Below are positions 49,954-58,368 of a stretch of DNA of 64,000 bases, in pieces. The notes beneath the pieces are model-generated. The model made no database searches. It was not told where the DNA came from and was given only the letters and a program-made list of their open reading frames with translations. Made by a program: the position numbers and the translations under genes. The first letter of the stretch is position 1, and each line of letters opens with the position of its first letter. Source of the DNA: a virus. The DNA is taken from IMG/VR virus record IMGVR_UViG_3300034377_000007, positions 1 to 64,000 of that record, one strand, 5' to 3'.

Positions 49954-51747
49954 GCCTGCCCTGTGCGCCGTAACCTGAGAAGTAGACCTTGCTTTGTAGA
50001 AGTTGGCAGCCCCAACTATACCCCCATCATGTGCTGCGTTCCTCAAACTCGCGTTAGCCGGTCTAAAGCCCTCGAAAATATAATTGATTAAATCTGCCGT
50101 GCGCGCCGGGTCTGCCTGAATCGCAGTTAAGCCGTCTGTATATGTTGAGCCGTATCCGCGCGCTGCTGTCCAGGAGGCCAGATTGCGAGCCGAGTCATAG
50201 AACTGCGGGTCGCCCGTTCCTTGGTGAACGTCTACGCCCGCTGCCACAGCATCACCGGCAGTCCACAAAGCATTTGATGCAAGCCTGTCCTCGTATCCTC
50301 TCTGGTTATCTCCCGCAGACAGATTGAACGTCCAGTTGTAATCCGCCCCGGCTGCCAATATGAGGTCTTTGGTCGTACCGGCCACCCTCTCACCAAGATA
50401 ACCCTGTGTGGCAGAACTGCCCCACCCGAGATTTGATTTCATCGCATTAAGGGTAGTGCTTGAGCCGCCCTCTGAAAAAGCAAACATCCCCCGCTTTCCT
50501 GCGGCGATTGAATCATTGACATTAGCCGTATTCCTATACCACTCAGTCGCAGATGTGCCAGCCCCGAAGGCGGTTAGCAAAGTCCCTGACGTGACCGACA
50601 CGGAAGGATAGGAGTTGATCAGTACGATGTTGTTTCTTCCAATTATTTTGTTCCCGCCGGAGGTGGCCGTAGCGTTAACTAAAACACTGTCTCCGGTATC
50701 AATCAGGTCGGGAGTGTGAGCTTCAAAGATGTTTTGGCTGACTATGGTATCTGCTGAAAGCAAGGCCGTGGGCGCAACGAAATGCGGGTTGCCTATCAGA
50801 TTATCCACTACAAAATAGTTGCGCTCCAAAGAAGAGGGGAAGAGCTGCCCGTTACCGCCGTTTAAGCTTCCGTCCTGCTTGACGAAGTTGAGGCGAAAAG
50901 TCCAGGTCGAGCCCGCGACGGACGCAAAACCCGAAGCGAAATAATTACCTGTAACCGAGAAAGATTTAGCGTTGTAAGTGACGCTTTTAGAAAATGTGTT
51001 TTTGAAGATACGGCGCGTGCCGGACGTGGCGGCAGTTGTGACAGAGAGATTCAAATCCTCGGTCGAGTGCGTTCCCGCAATAAAAGTGTTGCGGTCGAAG
51101 ATGATGTTTATAGTCGCGCTCGTGGACGTTGGCCTGATGCGACCACACGTATCAAAAGTAGAATCCGAGATTGAAAGGCTCGTCAAATTATTGGACGTGC
51201 CAAGCGCATTTATGCGACGAAAGACCCCGTAGGTGGCTGTGAAGTTGGCCCACGGCACGCCCATCCCAGCAGACTGCCCCGCTATCGCCTGAATTGTTAC
51301 TAGAGAGCCGCTTGAGCCGTTGAAATTGAAATTGCTGAAACCCACATTGATGAAAGTATAAATAGGCGAGCCGCCGCTTGCGGAATTATCGAACGTCACG
51401 GTTGAGCCCGCCTGCTGTGTGTGGGTTGAGCCGTTGACGTGGCCGATGTTTCCCTTGACGGTAAGCGTCACATTAGAGGCTACGGCAAGAACCGATGAAG
51501 CCGATGTCATGTTGATAACTTTTGTGATTGTGTCATTCGGACTTGTCCCGACAGTAGAGCTTATGTCTACTGTAACTGTATGGGCGCCGATTGATGCGGT
51601 ATCGCTGTCACCCGGTACACCTGCCCCTCCCCACGTCGAAGCGGAAGACCAATTGCCCGATTGTGAAGAAGTGTAGGCCGTTGCAAGTGCATGACTTGTG
51701 CAGAACAATAAACAGATAACCGAAAGAATGATTCGTCGCATACTCAC
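49933..51747 (-). CDS. Signal-peptide beta-helix-like protein (604 aa), tailspike or depolymerase candidate
   Basis: The sequence is MSMRRIILSVICLLFCTSHALA, then GNWSSASTWGGAGVPGDSDTASIG and S/T/N/G-rich repeats. Confidence 0.6.
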   Translation of the reverse strand: MSMRRIILSVICLLFCTSHALATAYTSSQSGNWSSASTWGGAGVPGDSDTASIGAHTVTVDISSTVGTSPNDTITKVINMTSASSVLAVASNVTLTVKGNIGHVNGSTHTQQAGSTVTFDNSASGGSPIYTFINVGFSNFNFNGSSGSLVTIQAIAGQSAGMGVPWANFTATYGVFRRINALGTSNNLTSLSISDSTFDTCGRIRPTSTSATINIIFDRNTFIAGTHSTEDLNLSVTTAATSGTRRIFKNTFSKSVTYNAKSFSVTGNYFASGFASVAGSTWTFRLNFVKQDGSLNGGNGQLFPSSLERNYFVVDNLIGNPHFVAPTALLSADTIVSQNIFEAHTPDLIDTGDSVLVNATATSGGNKIIGRNNIVLINSYPSVSVTSGTLLTAFGAGTSATEWYRNTANVNDSIAAGKRGMFAFSEGGSSTTLNAMKSNLGWGSSATQGYLGERVAGTTKDLILAAGADYNWTFNLSAGDNQRGYEDRLASNALWTAGDAVAAGVDVHQGTGDPQFYDSARNLASWTAARGYGSTYTDGLTAIQADPARTADLINYIFEGFRPANASLRNAAHDGGIVGAANFYKARSTSQVTAHRAGLSKFGL

Positions 51748-52487
51748 CTCGTCAAGTCTCTATTCCAGAAATAAACCCCGCCGATAACACCATTGAAGAA
51801 TCGCGTCGCGCCTTCGCTTGGCATGGTTGCGCCGACGCCGAAGAGAGGCGTCCCGCTCACAGCTCCAAGCCATGCGAACGTACCCGTGTTGGTTATCACT
51901 AAGGGATTCTCTTCTACATTATTTAAGAGAAGATAAAAGTCTGTGCCATCGTAAGTCAGAATTGCATTATAGGCAGTTGATGTTGATAGAACGGTCGAGC
52001 CCTCTACTGTTTGCTTTGTCCCTGCATTGTTGTATTCAATGTAAAGTTTCCCATCTGCCGCGATGCCGAACTCCCACCATGTATTTGCTACAGAGGAATC
52101 CGCCTGCGAAATCAGCACGAACGGCCCTGTAACACTGCTGCCGGTTTTGAAGACAACCGACAAGGACGCTGCGCCTGTTCGTGTTATCGCCTGACCCGAA
52201 TAAGAAAGAGCGTCGTTAGTGCCATCGAAGGTGAGGCCCTGCGTTGTGCCGAAGGCGCTTGAGATTACTGCGGGGCGATTGCCTGACGTGGCTTGAGAGA
52301 GTGTGATACTACCAGCGATTGAGGCCCATGCGCTTGCAGGGCTACCCGTAACGCTTGTATCCGACTCCCAATAAAGATCAGCTTTGGGCCGGAGCTGATT
52401 TTTGAAGGGAGACTGGCTATGTACTGTACCTAGTAGGGCATGCCCAGCTACTACGATGAAAAGTGTAAAGAGGAAGAATTTCAACAT
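51744..52487 (-). CDS. Signal-peptide LamG/concanavalin-like protein (247 aa)
   Basis: The pattern LTFDGTNDAL...SLSVVFK...WWEFGIAADGKLY...ILTYDGTDFYLLLNN is LamG-like. Confidence 0.6.
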   Translation of the reverse strand: MLKFFLFTLFIVVAGHALLGTVHSQSPFKNQLRPKADLYWESDTSVTGSPASAWASIAGSITLSQATSGNRPAVISSAFGTTQGLTFDGTNDALSYSGQAITRTGAASLSVVFKTGSSVTGPFVLISQADSSVANTWWEFGIAADGKLYIEYNNAGTKQTVEGSTVLSTSTAYNAILTYDGTDFYLLLNNVEENPLVITNTGTFAWLGAVSGTPLFGVGATMPSEGATRFFNGVIGGVYFWNRDLTR

Positions 52488-53149
52488 TAGTTATACCCCA
52501 ATCCGTAATTCCAAAAATAATTAGTTCCATCGTAAGCGAAGCAGATAATATCTTTTGCACCGGAAGCCGTGGTCAGCGTCACCACCCCTGCGCCGCCGTT
52601 TATCACTTTACTGCCAGCAGGTACTGCCAGCGTCCTGCCGCCCGTGCCGTCTTGCGTGACAATCAAGCACCCTTCCGCGCCGTTCGTCGCACCCGAAATA
52701 ACGAGCGCGCGATTGCCCCCGAGTGTGACGGTGGCCCGGCGGTACTGAGCACCGGAGAATGCCCAGGTGATCGTCGCGCCGTCTGTCAAAGGTTCAAAGG
52801 CAGGTGTGGCGATGAAAACCGAAGAAGTGACAGCCGAGCCCGTATCAGAAAGTGAAGAGGAGACTAAGTTCGTGCCGTTGGATTTAGGGATGACGTTTGA
52901 GCCCGCGCTATTGGTGACGCCCGCATCGGCAGTGGCCTTTGTCCAGATGCCGCCTTTACAATAGTACTCACCCTCGACGGACGCGCCGCCCGAAAGAAGG
53001 ATAAAGACCTCTGTGGAGGCCGACGACACGTTGCACGGGGAAGCGGGCAGGCTTGCACCCGAGCGCACCCGCCGAGCAGGGCCGTCCTGCGCAGCAGCGC
53101 TCACGGCCAGAGAGAAAACAAGTATTAAGAGCGGAATTACCTTCTTCAT
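52487..53149 (-). CDS. Signal-peptide protein (220 aa)
   Basis: I chose the start at MKKVIPLLILVFSLAVSAAAQ, which has an AGAGGTGA RBS. Confidence 0.55.
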   Translation of the reverse strand: MKKVIPLLILVFSLAVSAAAQDGPARRVRSGASLPASPCNVSSASTEVFILLSGGASVEGEYYCKGGIWTKATADAGVTNSAGSNVIPKSNGTNLVSSSLSDTGSAVTSSVFIATPAFEPLTDGATITWAFSGAQYRRATVTLGGNRALVISGATNGAEGCLIVTQDGTGGRTLAVPAGSKVINGGAGVVTLTTASGAKDIICFAYDGTNYFWNYGLGYN

Positions 53150-53165
53150 TTTATCACCTCTTTCA

Positions 53166-53459
53166 TCACGGCCCTTCGGACAGGTCGAAATTGACGTGCA
53201 GCACAACGGGAGCGCCTGAGTCGTTACGGACATATCGGTTGCTGGTCATCACGCGCCCGTCTTCCACACGCTGCTCCGCCAGAAGGGGGAAATCATACTC
53301 AGTGGCGGTCATGCTTTTGCCGCCGACCTTTATCCCGTCGCTTTCCGCGTAGTAGCGGAGCTTTGCGAAACTCGGCACGAAGTAGCCGGGGACGCGAGCC
53401 TGTTCGAGTGAATAAATATCGCGGTTAGTACCGTCAGCGGGTATCGTATAAGTAGGCAT
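53166..53459 (-). CDS. Hypothetical protein (97 aa)
   Basis: The start is at MPTYTIPADG, with a GGAGGTGG RBS. Confidence 0.55.
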   Translation of the reverse strand: MPTYTIPADGTNRDIYSLEQARVPGYFVPSFAKLRYYAESDGIKVGGKSMTATEYDFPLLAEQRVEDGRVMTSNRYVRNDSGAPVVLHVNFDLSEGP

Positions 53460-53481
53460 TGCCACCTCCGTTAGCTGCAAA

Positions 53482-55092
53482 TTAGGGGATGAGGTTCGTA
53501 CAAATCCTAAACTCCAGGCGGGACTCGTACACGGTTATGGGGGCGCTCCCGTTACCGATCACCTGCCAGCCGATATTTTTATATTGCTTATTGGCCGCCA
53601 GCGCCTGGAATTCCGGCGAGACGATGGCCGTGACGTTCACAGGCCCACCCGCGGCGGTTCCGTAGATGTAGGCGATGGGGACTATGTTAGCCGGCCCGTC
53701 GTCGAAATAGACCAGCCTCGCCACGTTCGCCGTGCTCTCCGGCTTCCAGATGAGACGCCACACCACGGAGAGGATGCCCGGAAACGGGTCGCTGAACCAG
53801 TACGTCTTCGTTGACGCGGTGAGGGCGGAGCCGGGAAACTCCCACAGCGAAGTAGGGGTCTGAATGAGAGCGCCCTCGGCCTGCACGGGCCCAAATAGCT
53901 GAACGGTGTGTGGAGCGATGATCGAGCAATTGCTGGGAGTGATCGGAATCGTCGCGTTCGGGCGAACGACGATGGAGATTGCCGCCCAATCCGACGAAGT
54001 AGCCGCCCACGTCATCGCGTTGGACACGCCGTTAATATTGTTGGCCCCGGGCTTCGTGCTGACTCCCAGACGGAAGCTCCCGTTGCCGAAGTTGACTTTC
54101 TGCGTCTGCCCGTGACTTGCAATCGGGGTGGGCACAAGGGCCACCCCGTCGATAACCAGGTCTTGAACGGAGGCGGGTATGGCCGATACCGGTTGAGCGC
54201 TTGTGCCGTTAAACTTGGCAGAGGTCGGCGCGGTTAGTGCGTTCTTAACTGAAAGGGCGGCGGCGAGAGTCTGCGTTGCGGTCGTCGTTATCGCTACCGT
54301 CCCCGTCGTGACGGCGGGGGCAAGCAGATACCATACTTCCAGCACCCTGCCCCCCGCTCCCCCGACTACCTGAGAATCCAGTTTCGTCAGACCTGTTCCC
54401 TGGAACGTGACCGCGCTCGGGCCGCTCCCGAGGGACTCGACGAAGACGACCAGCAGATTTCCGGTATTTACATGCTGCCACGAGAATGAGGTATTAGCGG
54501 AGGAGGTCGTCGAGGTCGTATCGACCTGGGGCGGCGCGCTGGTCGCATACAGTTGGGCGTTAGACGGAATAAACCCCGTGATCGGTGGTACGGCGGAAGC
54601 GGTGGCGGCTTCGGCGACCAGCGAGAGGACTTGCGCGGCGGTCATGTAGGAATCGCCAAGGGGTCTGGGCTGCGCCGAGTTGTAGGCGACCAGTTGCTTC
54701 CATGTGAGCGTCGTCGCGCTGTTGGGGATAACCCATGAAGTGAAAAGCGTCGTCGGCGAGCCGGTCGTGGGCGCGAGTATGCCCGTGATGCGAGTTTGAG
54801 GGCGGTCGATGGAGTCCACCGTCGAGGGTGTGGTGAAAGAGGGACATGTGATAGTGCCCGACGAAACCGTGCAGGAAACCTCCTGGTAAAAACCCGTCGC
54901 CGAACCGGCCACGCCTGCCACATGCGCCACGCCGTCCGAGTCCGTCCAATTATTGCTGCTGTAGAGTCTGAGCTTGACCGTGCCGGTGTACTTGGAATTG
55001 GCGATCTGAAAAGACGAGATGGTTATTTGAGTCGCCCGGGCATTGATCGAGCCAGCGACAAGCAGCATGCAGATTAGAGCTATTTTTTTCAT
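53482..55092 (-). CDS. Signal-peptide S/T/A-rich protein (536 aa), fibre or receptor-binding candidate
   Basis: The start is at MKKIALICMLLVAGSINARA. Confidence 0.55.
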   Translation of the reverse strand: MKKIALICMLLVAGSINARATQITISSFQIANSKYTGTVKLRLYSSNNWTDSDGVAHVAGVAGSATGFYQEVSCTVSSGTITCPSFTTPSTVDSIDRPQTRITGILAPTTGSPTTLFTSWVIPNSATTLTWKQLVAYNSAQPRPLGDSYMTAAQVLSLVAEAATASAVPPITGFIPSNAQLYATSAPPQVDTTSTTSSANTSFSWQHVNTGNLLVVFVESLGSGPSAVTFQGTGLTKLDSQVVGGAGGRVLEVWYLLAPAVTTGTVAITTTATQTLAAALSVKNALTAPTSAKFNGTSAQPVSAIPASVQDLVIDGVALVPTPIASHGQTQKVNFGNGSFRLGVSTKPGANNINGVSNAMTWAATSSDWAAISIVVRPNATIPITPSNCSIIAPHTVQLFGPVQAEGALIQTPTSLWEFPGSALTASTKTYWFSDPFPGILSVVWRLIWKPESTANVARLVYFDDGPANIVPIAYIYGTAAGGPVNVTAIVSPEFQALAANKQYKNIGWQVIGNGSAPITVYESRLEFRICTNLIP

Positions 55093-55154
55093 CGTTCCCT
55101 CTATCCTGAAATCGGGCAAAGAAAAAGCGCCGCTACTCCGTCAGCAGTAAATCT

Positions 55155-55748
55155 TCAGACCGCCAACGCCTCTGCTGCGCTGTTGGCGTTGCCCGCAAAG
55201 CCCATCAAAAGCTGCTTGAAAAATGACGGCCTCTTTGACTTTCGGTAGTCTGAATATCTCCCGTATGCACTATCGGCCATCGAATTGAAGAGCCCCGCCA
55301 AGCCCATTGACCGGGCATTCCCCATGCTTGCCAGCCCCGTCATCTTGTTATCCAAGGCTCCAAGAGTGTCGTCAACATAGCCTTCGAGTATACCCGAGGC
55401 CCGCGTGTCCCGTTCAAGCTGCATCTCTTTATCGAGCGATGCCGCGAAGTTCGGATTTGCGCCGTCCGAGAGCGAGGCCAATCCCCTGCCGATTCGCCCC
55501 GCGTCCCTCGACCGCTTGGCCTCGCTGAAGAGCGACATCCCGACACCGCTGCCGGGCATGTTTCGGACATCGATCGGGCCCGACTCGCCCATCCTCCACT
55601 TGTCGAGACTCAGCGCGTAGTCGCGCTGGCGCTGTTCAAGCGGGTCAGGCTTGGCGGCAGCTTCGGCTGCCGCGTTGGCCCTGGTCTGGGCGGCCTGCGC
55701 CTGCTGGTAAAGTTCAAGCTCCGAGGGCCCTTTCTTTTTAGTTCCCAT
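55155..55748 (-). CDS. Hypothetical virion protein (197 aa), internal-protein-like
   Basis: It is an Ala/Gly/Ser-rich helical protein in the tail operon. Confidence 0.5.
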   Translation of the reverse strand: MGTKKKGPSELELYQQAQAAQTRANAAAEAAAKPDPLEQRQRDYALSLDKWRMGESGPIDVRNMPGSGVGMSLFSEAKRSRDAGRIGRGLASLSDGANPNFAASLDKEMQLERDTRASGILEGYVDDTLGALDNKMTGLASMGNARSMGLAGLFNSMADSAYGRYSDYRKSKRPSFFKQLLMGFAGNANSAAEALAV

Positions 55749-56119
55749 TATCTAAAATCCTTCCTGAACAGTCGCCACACCCCGCGGTCCTGCGCTCCCA
55801 TTCTCAGCAACGCTCTCCCGATGGCCCTCTCGTCCGTCAATACGATTGCGGAGCGCCCCGGCACGAGGGAAAGAATCTCGTTGACTTCCAGGGCGAGCCT
55901 CCGCTCGAGTCCCGTGCCTCTGTACCCTTCGGCCACGTAAAGATTGTTGATATGAAAGACCTCCTCCACGTTGACGAATCCGGCCAGCGTCTCACCGGCA
56001 AACGCCGCGAGATAGCCGGATTGCTCGGGACTCACAGGCATCCCGTCTTCAAAAACATTTCTGACGATGGGCGCGACCATCGGCCATTCGTCATGCCTGA
56101 GCATTCTCGTTTTGATCAT
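55748..56119 (-). CDS. GNAT-family acetyltransferase
   Basis: NNLYVAEGYRGTGLERRLALEV is the acetyl-CoA motif A. It is 123 aa and is coupled to both neighbours. Confidence 0.65.
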   Translation of the reverse strand: MIKTRMLRHDEWPMVAPIVRNVFEDGMPVSPEQSGYLAAFAGETLAGFVNVEEVFHINNLYVAEGYRGTGLERRLALEVNEILSLVPGRSAIVLTDERAIGRALLRMGAQDRGVWRLFRKDFR

Positions 56120-57828
56120 AACGGGCTCGGCTGATCAATATAGGACTTGTTGTTGTGGCAGAAGAGCCCCCTGTCCCTTTGCTTCGAGTGGCCCGCGATG
56201 TACAGACCGTCCCCGTCACGAGCGGAAGGATGGCGCAGGGTGAATGTTCCCACCTCGACGGGCGAAGGGACGCAATACGCTTCGACCACTGTCGTCATCC
56301 TCTTCCTGCCGTTAACCCACGCGGCCAATCTCATACCTTTACGAACGCTCTTCGCGCGCACCCTCCTCCCGGTCTTCAGGTCTTTAATCAGGGGGTGCTC
56401 GGCGCTGCACTCGAGCGTGATGCCGTTTCCCGTCCTGATAACGTAATACTCCGCGACCGCGCCGACCCTTCTATCTATCGCAAGGTAGGGAGTCCTCCGT
56501 TCTCCTTTGAGAAGCGAGCCGACGCGGACTTGCTTGAAGGCGCGCCACCCCTTTTCCGTGAGCACGGGCGTAGAGAGCGTGACGCAGGTATAGCCGCCCG
56601 AGCCCGGGCTCGGAGGCGTGAAAACACCTCCTCCTCCGCCCTGGTTTCCGCTTGTCGGGGAGATCGAAGGCGTGGGAGCTGAGCCGTCCGAGAGCCTGAT
56701 GACATCGGGGGCCCATGAATTGAAGGTGGTCGAGAACCAGATGCGATCAAGGCCGAGATGGCGATTCACTCCGGTCGGATTCGTCAGGCCGATTCTCAGG
56801 TACTGTGCTTCCGCTAAAGAGAAATCGTAAGTTGCTGGTACGTAGATGGTCAGGTCGTTATAGGCCCAAGACCCTTGGAAAGCTCCGATCACGGCGCTCT
56901 TCGTCTCGGCATAGGCCAGGGGAGGGTTGCCGGGGTCAGGCGGCCATCCCGTTTCGGATATCCCTGCGGCCCCGGTATCGTTGTACATCAGATCATTAGA
57001 GTTCCTGATCGTATGTACTTTGGCGTAAGAGCCTCCCGTCTTCCTGTAGATCACATATTCGATGAACCCCGGCCCGGCATTGAAGAAAATTTGCGGATAG
57101 TTAACCGTCGAGAGGACTACCGGGCCGTCCGGCACGCTCAATACATTCGAGAGAATCGAGACGCCCGAATCGGTCCTGGCTAAGACCCTGTATTCATAGA
57201 GCGTCGCTCCCCCTGTTCCCGCTATCTGGTAAGAGAGATCGAACGGCCCGCCGTAGACCCATTCCTGCCCTGAAGCTGTCTTTTGCCAGATGCCGGCGAA
57301 GAACTCCACGTCGTCGGGAACTAAGGCCGCATTCAGGGCGGCTGATTTGATACGGACGTACCATCTTTGGTCGGGGCCGACGAGGTTTGCAGGAATAACG
57401 ATAATCAGATCGTACTGTGTGGCCCCCACCGAACCATTCTCTGCCCAGCCGTCAACCCTGTTCCAGATGGGAATACCGGGTGTCGCGCCTTCTCCTGCCG
57501 CGTAGAGAGAGTGCCCCGATGATTTGAGAGCATGCGCGGCATCAAGGACGACATCTGCCCCGCGTTCGGCCCAGTACCAGGCGTAGGCTTCAAGGTTCGT
57601 GTCTCCCGCTGTGCCGGGTGTCGTTCCCGGCGTCGTGGCTGCCAGCGTGGAATAGGATAGGTCGGAGTTGGGGCAGTGGTTTGTGCCTCCGCTGAAGTTG
57701 GGCGGCAGGGCCCGGGTTGACGGGATGAGGATGTCGCCGGTCTCTAAAGACGTGCGCATGCCTTTAAGCGCCGCTTCGAGTTCGCCGCGCGTCACCATCG
57801 CCCCTTTATTTTCTCCCGCTATGAACAT
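56116..57828 (-). CDS. Tail-fibre-like protein with C-terminal Hint (intein-like) domain
   Basis: It is 570 aa. The last roughly 145 aa run from CVTLSTPVLTEKGW to GLFCHN, which looks like a Hint/BIL domain. Confidence 0.6.
   Translation of the reverse strand: MFIAGENKGAMVTRGELEAALKGMRTSLETGDILIPSTRALPPNFSGGTNHCPNSDLSYSTLAATTPGTTPGTAGDTNLEAYAWYWAERGADVVLDAAHALKSSGHSLYAAGEGATPGIPIWNRVDGWAENGSVGATQYDLIIVIPANLVGPDQRWYVRIKSAALNAALVPDDVEFFAGIWQKTASGQEWVYGGPFDLSYQIAGTGGATLYEYRVLARTDSGVSILSNVLSVPDGPVVLSTVNYPQIFFNAGPGFIEYVIYRKTGGSYAKVHTIRNSNDLMYNDTGAAGISETGWPPDPGNPPLAYAETKSAVIGAFQGSWAYNDLTIYVPATYDFSLAEAQYLRIGLTNPTGVNRHLGLDRIWFSTTFNSWAPDVIRLSDGSAPTPSISPTSGNQGGGGGVFTPPSPGSGGYTCVTLSTPVLTEKGWRAFKQVRVGSLLKGERRTPYLAIDRRVGAVAEYYVIRTGNGITLECSAEHPLIKDLKTGRRVRAKSVRKGMRLAAWVNGRKRMTTVVEAYCVPSPVEVGTFTLRHPSARDGDGLYIAGHSKQRDRGLFCHNNKSYIDQPSPL
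56152..56586 (-). other. Hint / bacterial-intein-like domain
   Basis: The N-terminal Cys lies in a C-V-T-L-S-T-P-V-L-T context after a Gly-rich linker. The domain ends with HN, 11 residues before the stop. Confidence 0.55.
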
Positions 57829-57855
57829 TCAAACTCCGTGCTATAATTCATGCCC

Positions 57856-58056
57856 ATGAAAGAGAAAGTAGATTGCCCGCCAGACATGGTTTACTTCGTT
57901 GATGAATCTCAGCTTGAGCGAAGTGATTTAAGTGGCCTGAGCGTTGAAGAGATGATCTCTGCACAAGACAGCGTAAACGGGATGCTTGAGTTGATGCACA
58001 AGCATCAAGTGGCCCAACTTCCCGCGCCTTGGGACTTGGGCGAAGTTGAGGAGTAA
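57856..58056 (+). CDS. Antisense-oriented small acidic protein (66 aa)
   Basis: TATAAT lies at 57842-57847, just upstream of two in-frame ATGs (57850 and 57856), so the transcript is probably leaderless. Confidence 0.5.
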   Translation: MKEKVDCPPDMVYFVDESQLERSDLSGLSVEEMISAQDSVNGMLELMHKHQVAQLPAPWDLGEVEE

Positions 58057-58059
58057 GGC

Positions 58060-58368
58060 ATGACAAGCGATGAGATAGAGAAGCGTGCAGCAAAACTTTC
58101 CACAAGGCTCTTTCCCGGCCAATTGGGACATGCCTACGTTGCAGACGACGCCATAGCTCAAGCCATGCGCGAACTCGTCGCACAAGCGTATGAAGAAGCA
58201 ACGCGGGCGCAGTGTGTACTATGCGCAGCAGGTCAACCAATAAAGCGGAGTAGCGTGAGTAGTGCGGCTGAATGGGCCCACGTCGGCCCAAGCTACGAAG
58301 CAGGGTGCGCAGCGTCGCGCATCCATACACTGAAAGATTCACTTGTGCAAGAAACCGTCTCATCTTAA
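58060..58368 (+). CDS. Antisense-oriented small protein (102 aa)
   Basis: It has a GAGGAG RBS and starts 3 nt after the previous stop. Confidence 0.55.
   Translation: MTSDEIEKRAAKLSTRLFPGQLGHAYVADDAIAQAMRELVAQAYEEATRAQCVLCAAGQPIKRSSVSSAAEWAHVGPSYEAGCAASRIHTLKDSLVQETVSS

Noticed and set aside
57848-58363. A 171-aa minus-strand ORF would make the tail operon continuous.
   Set aside because: Its sequence is very Arg/Leu/Ser-rich with no structure-like pattern. The two plus-strand ORFs on the opposite strand have normal composition, an RBS and a -10 box.
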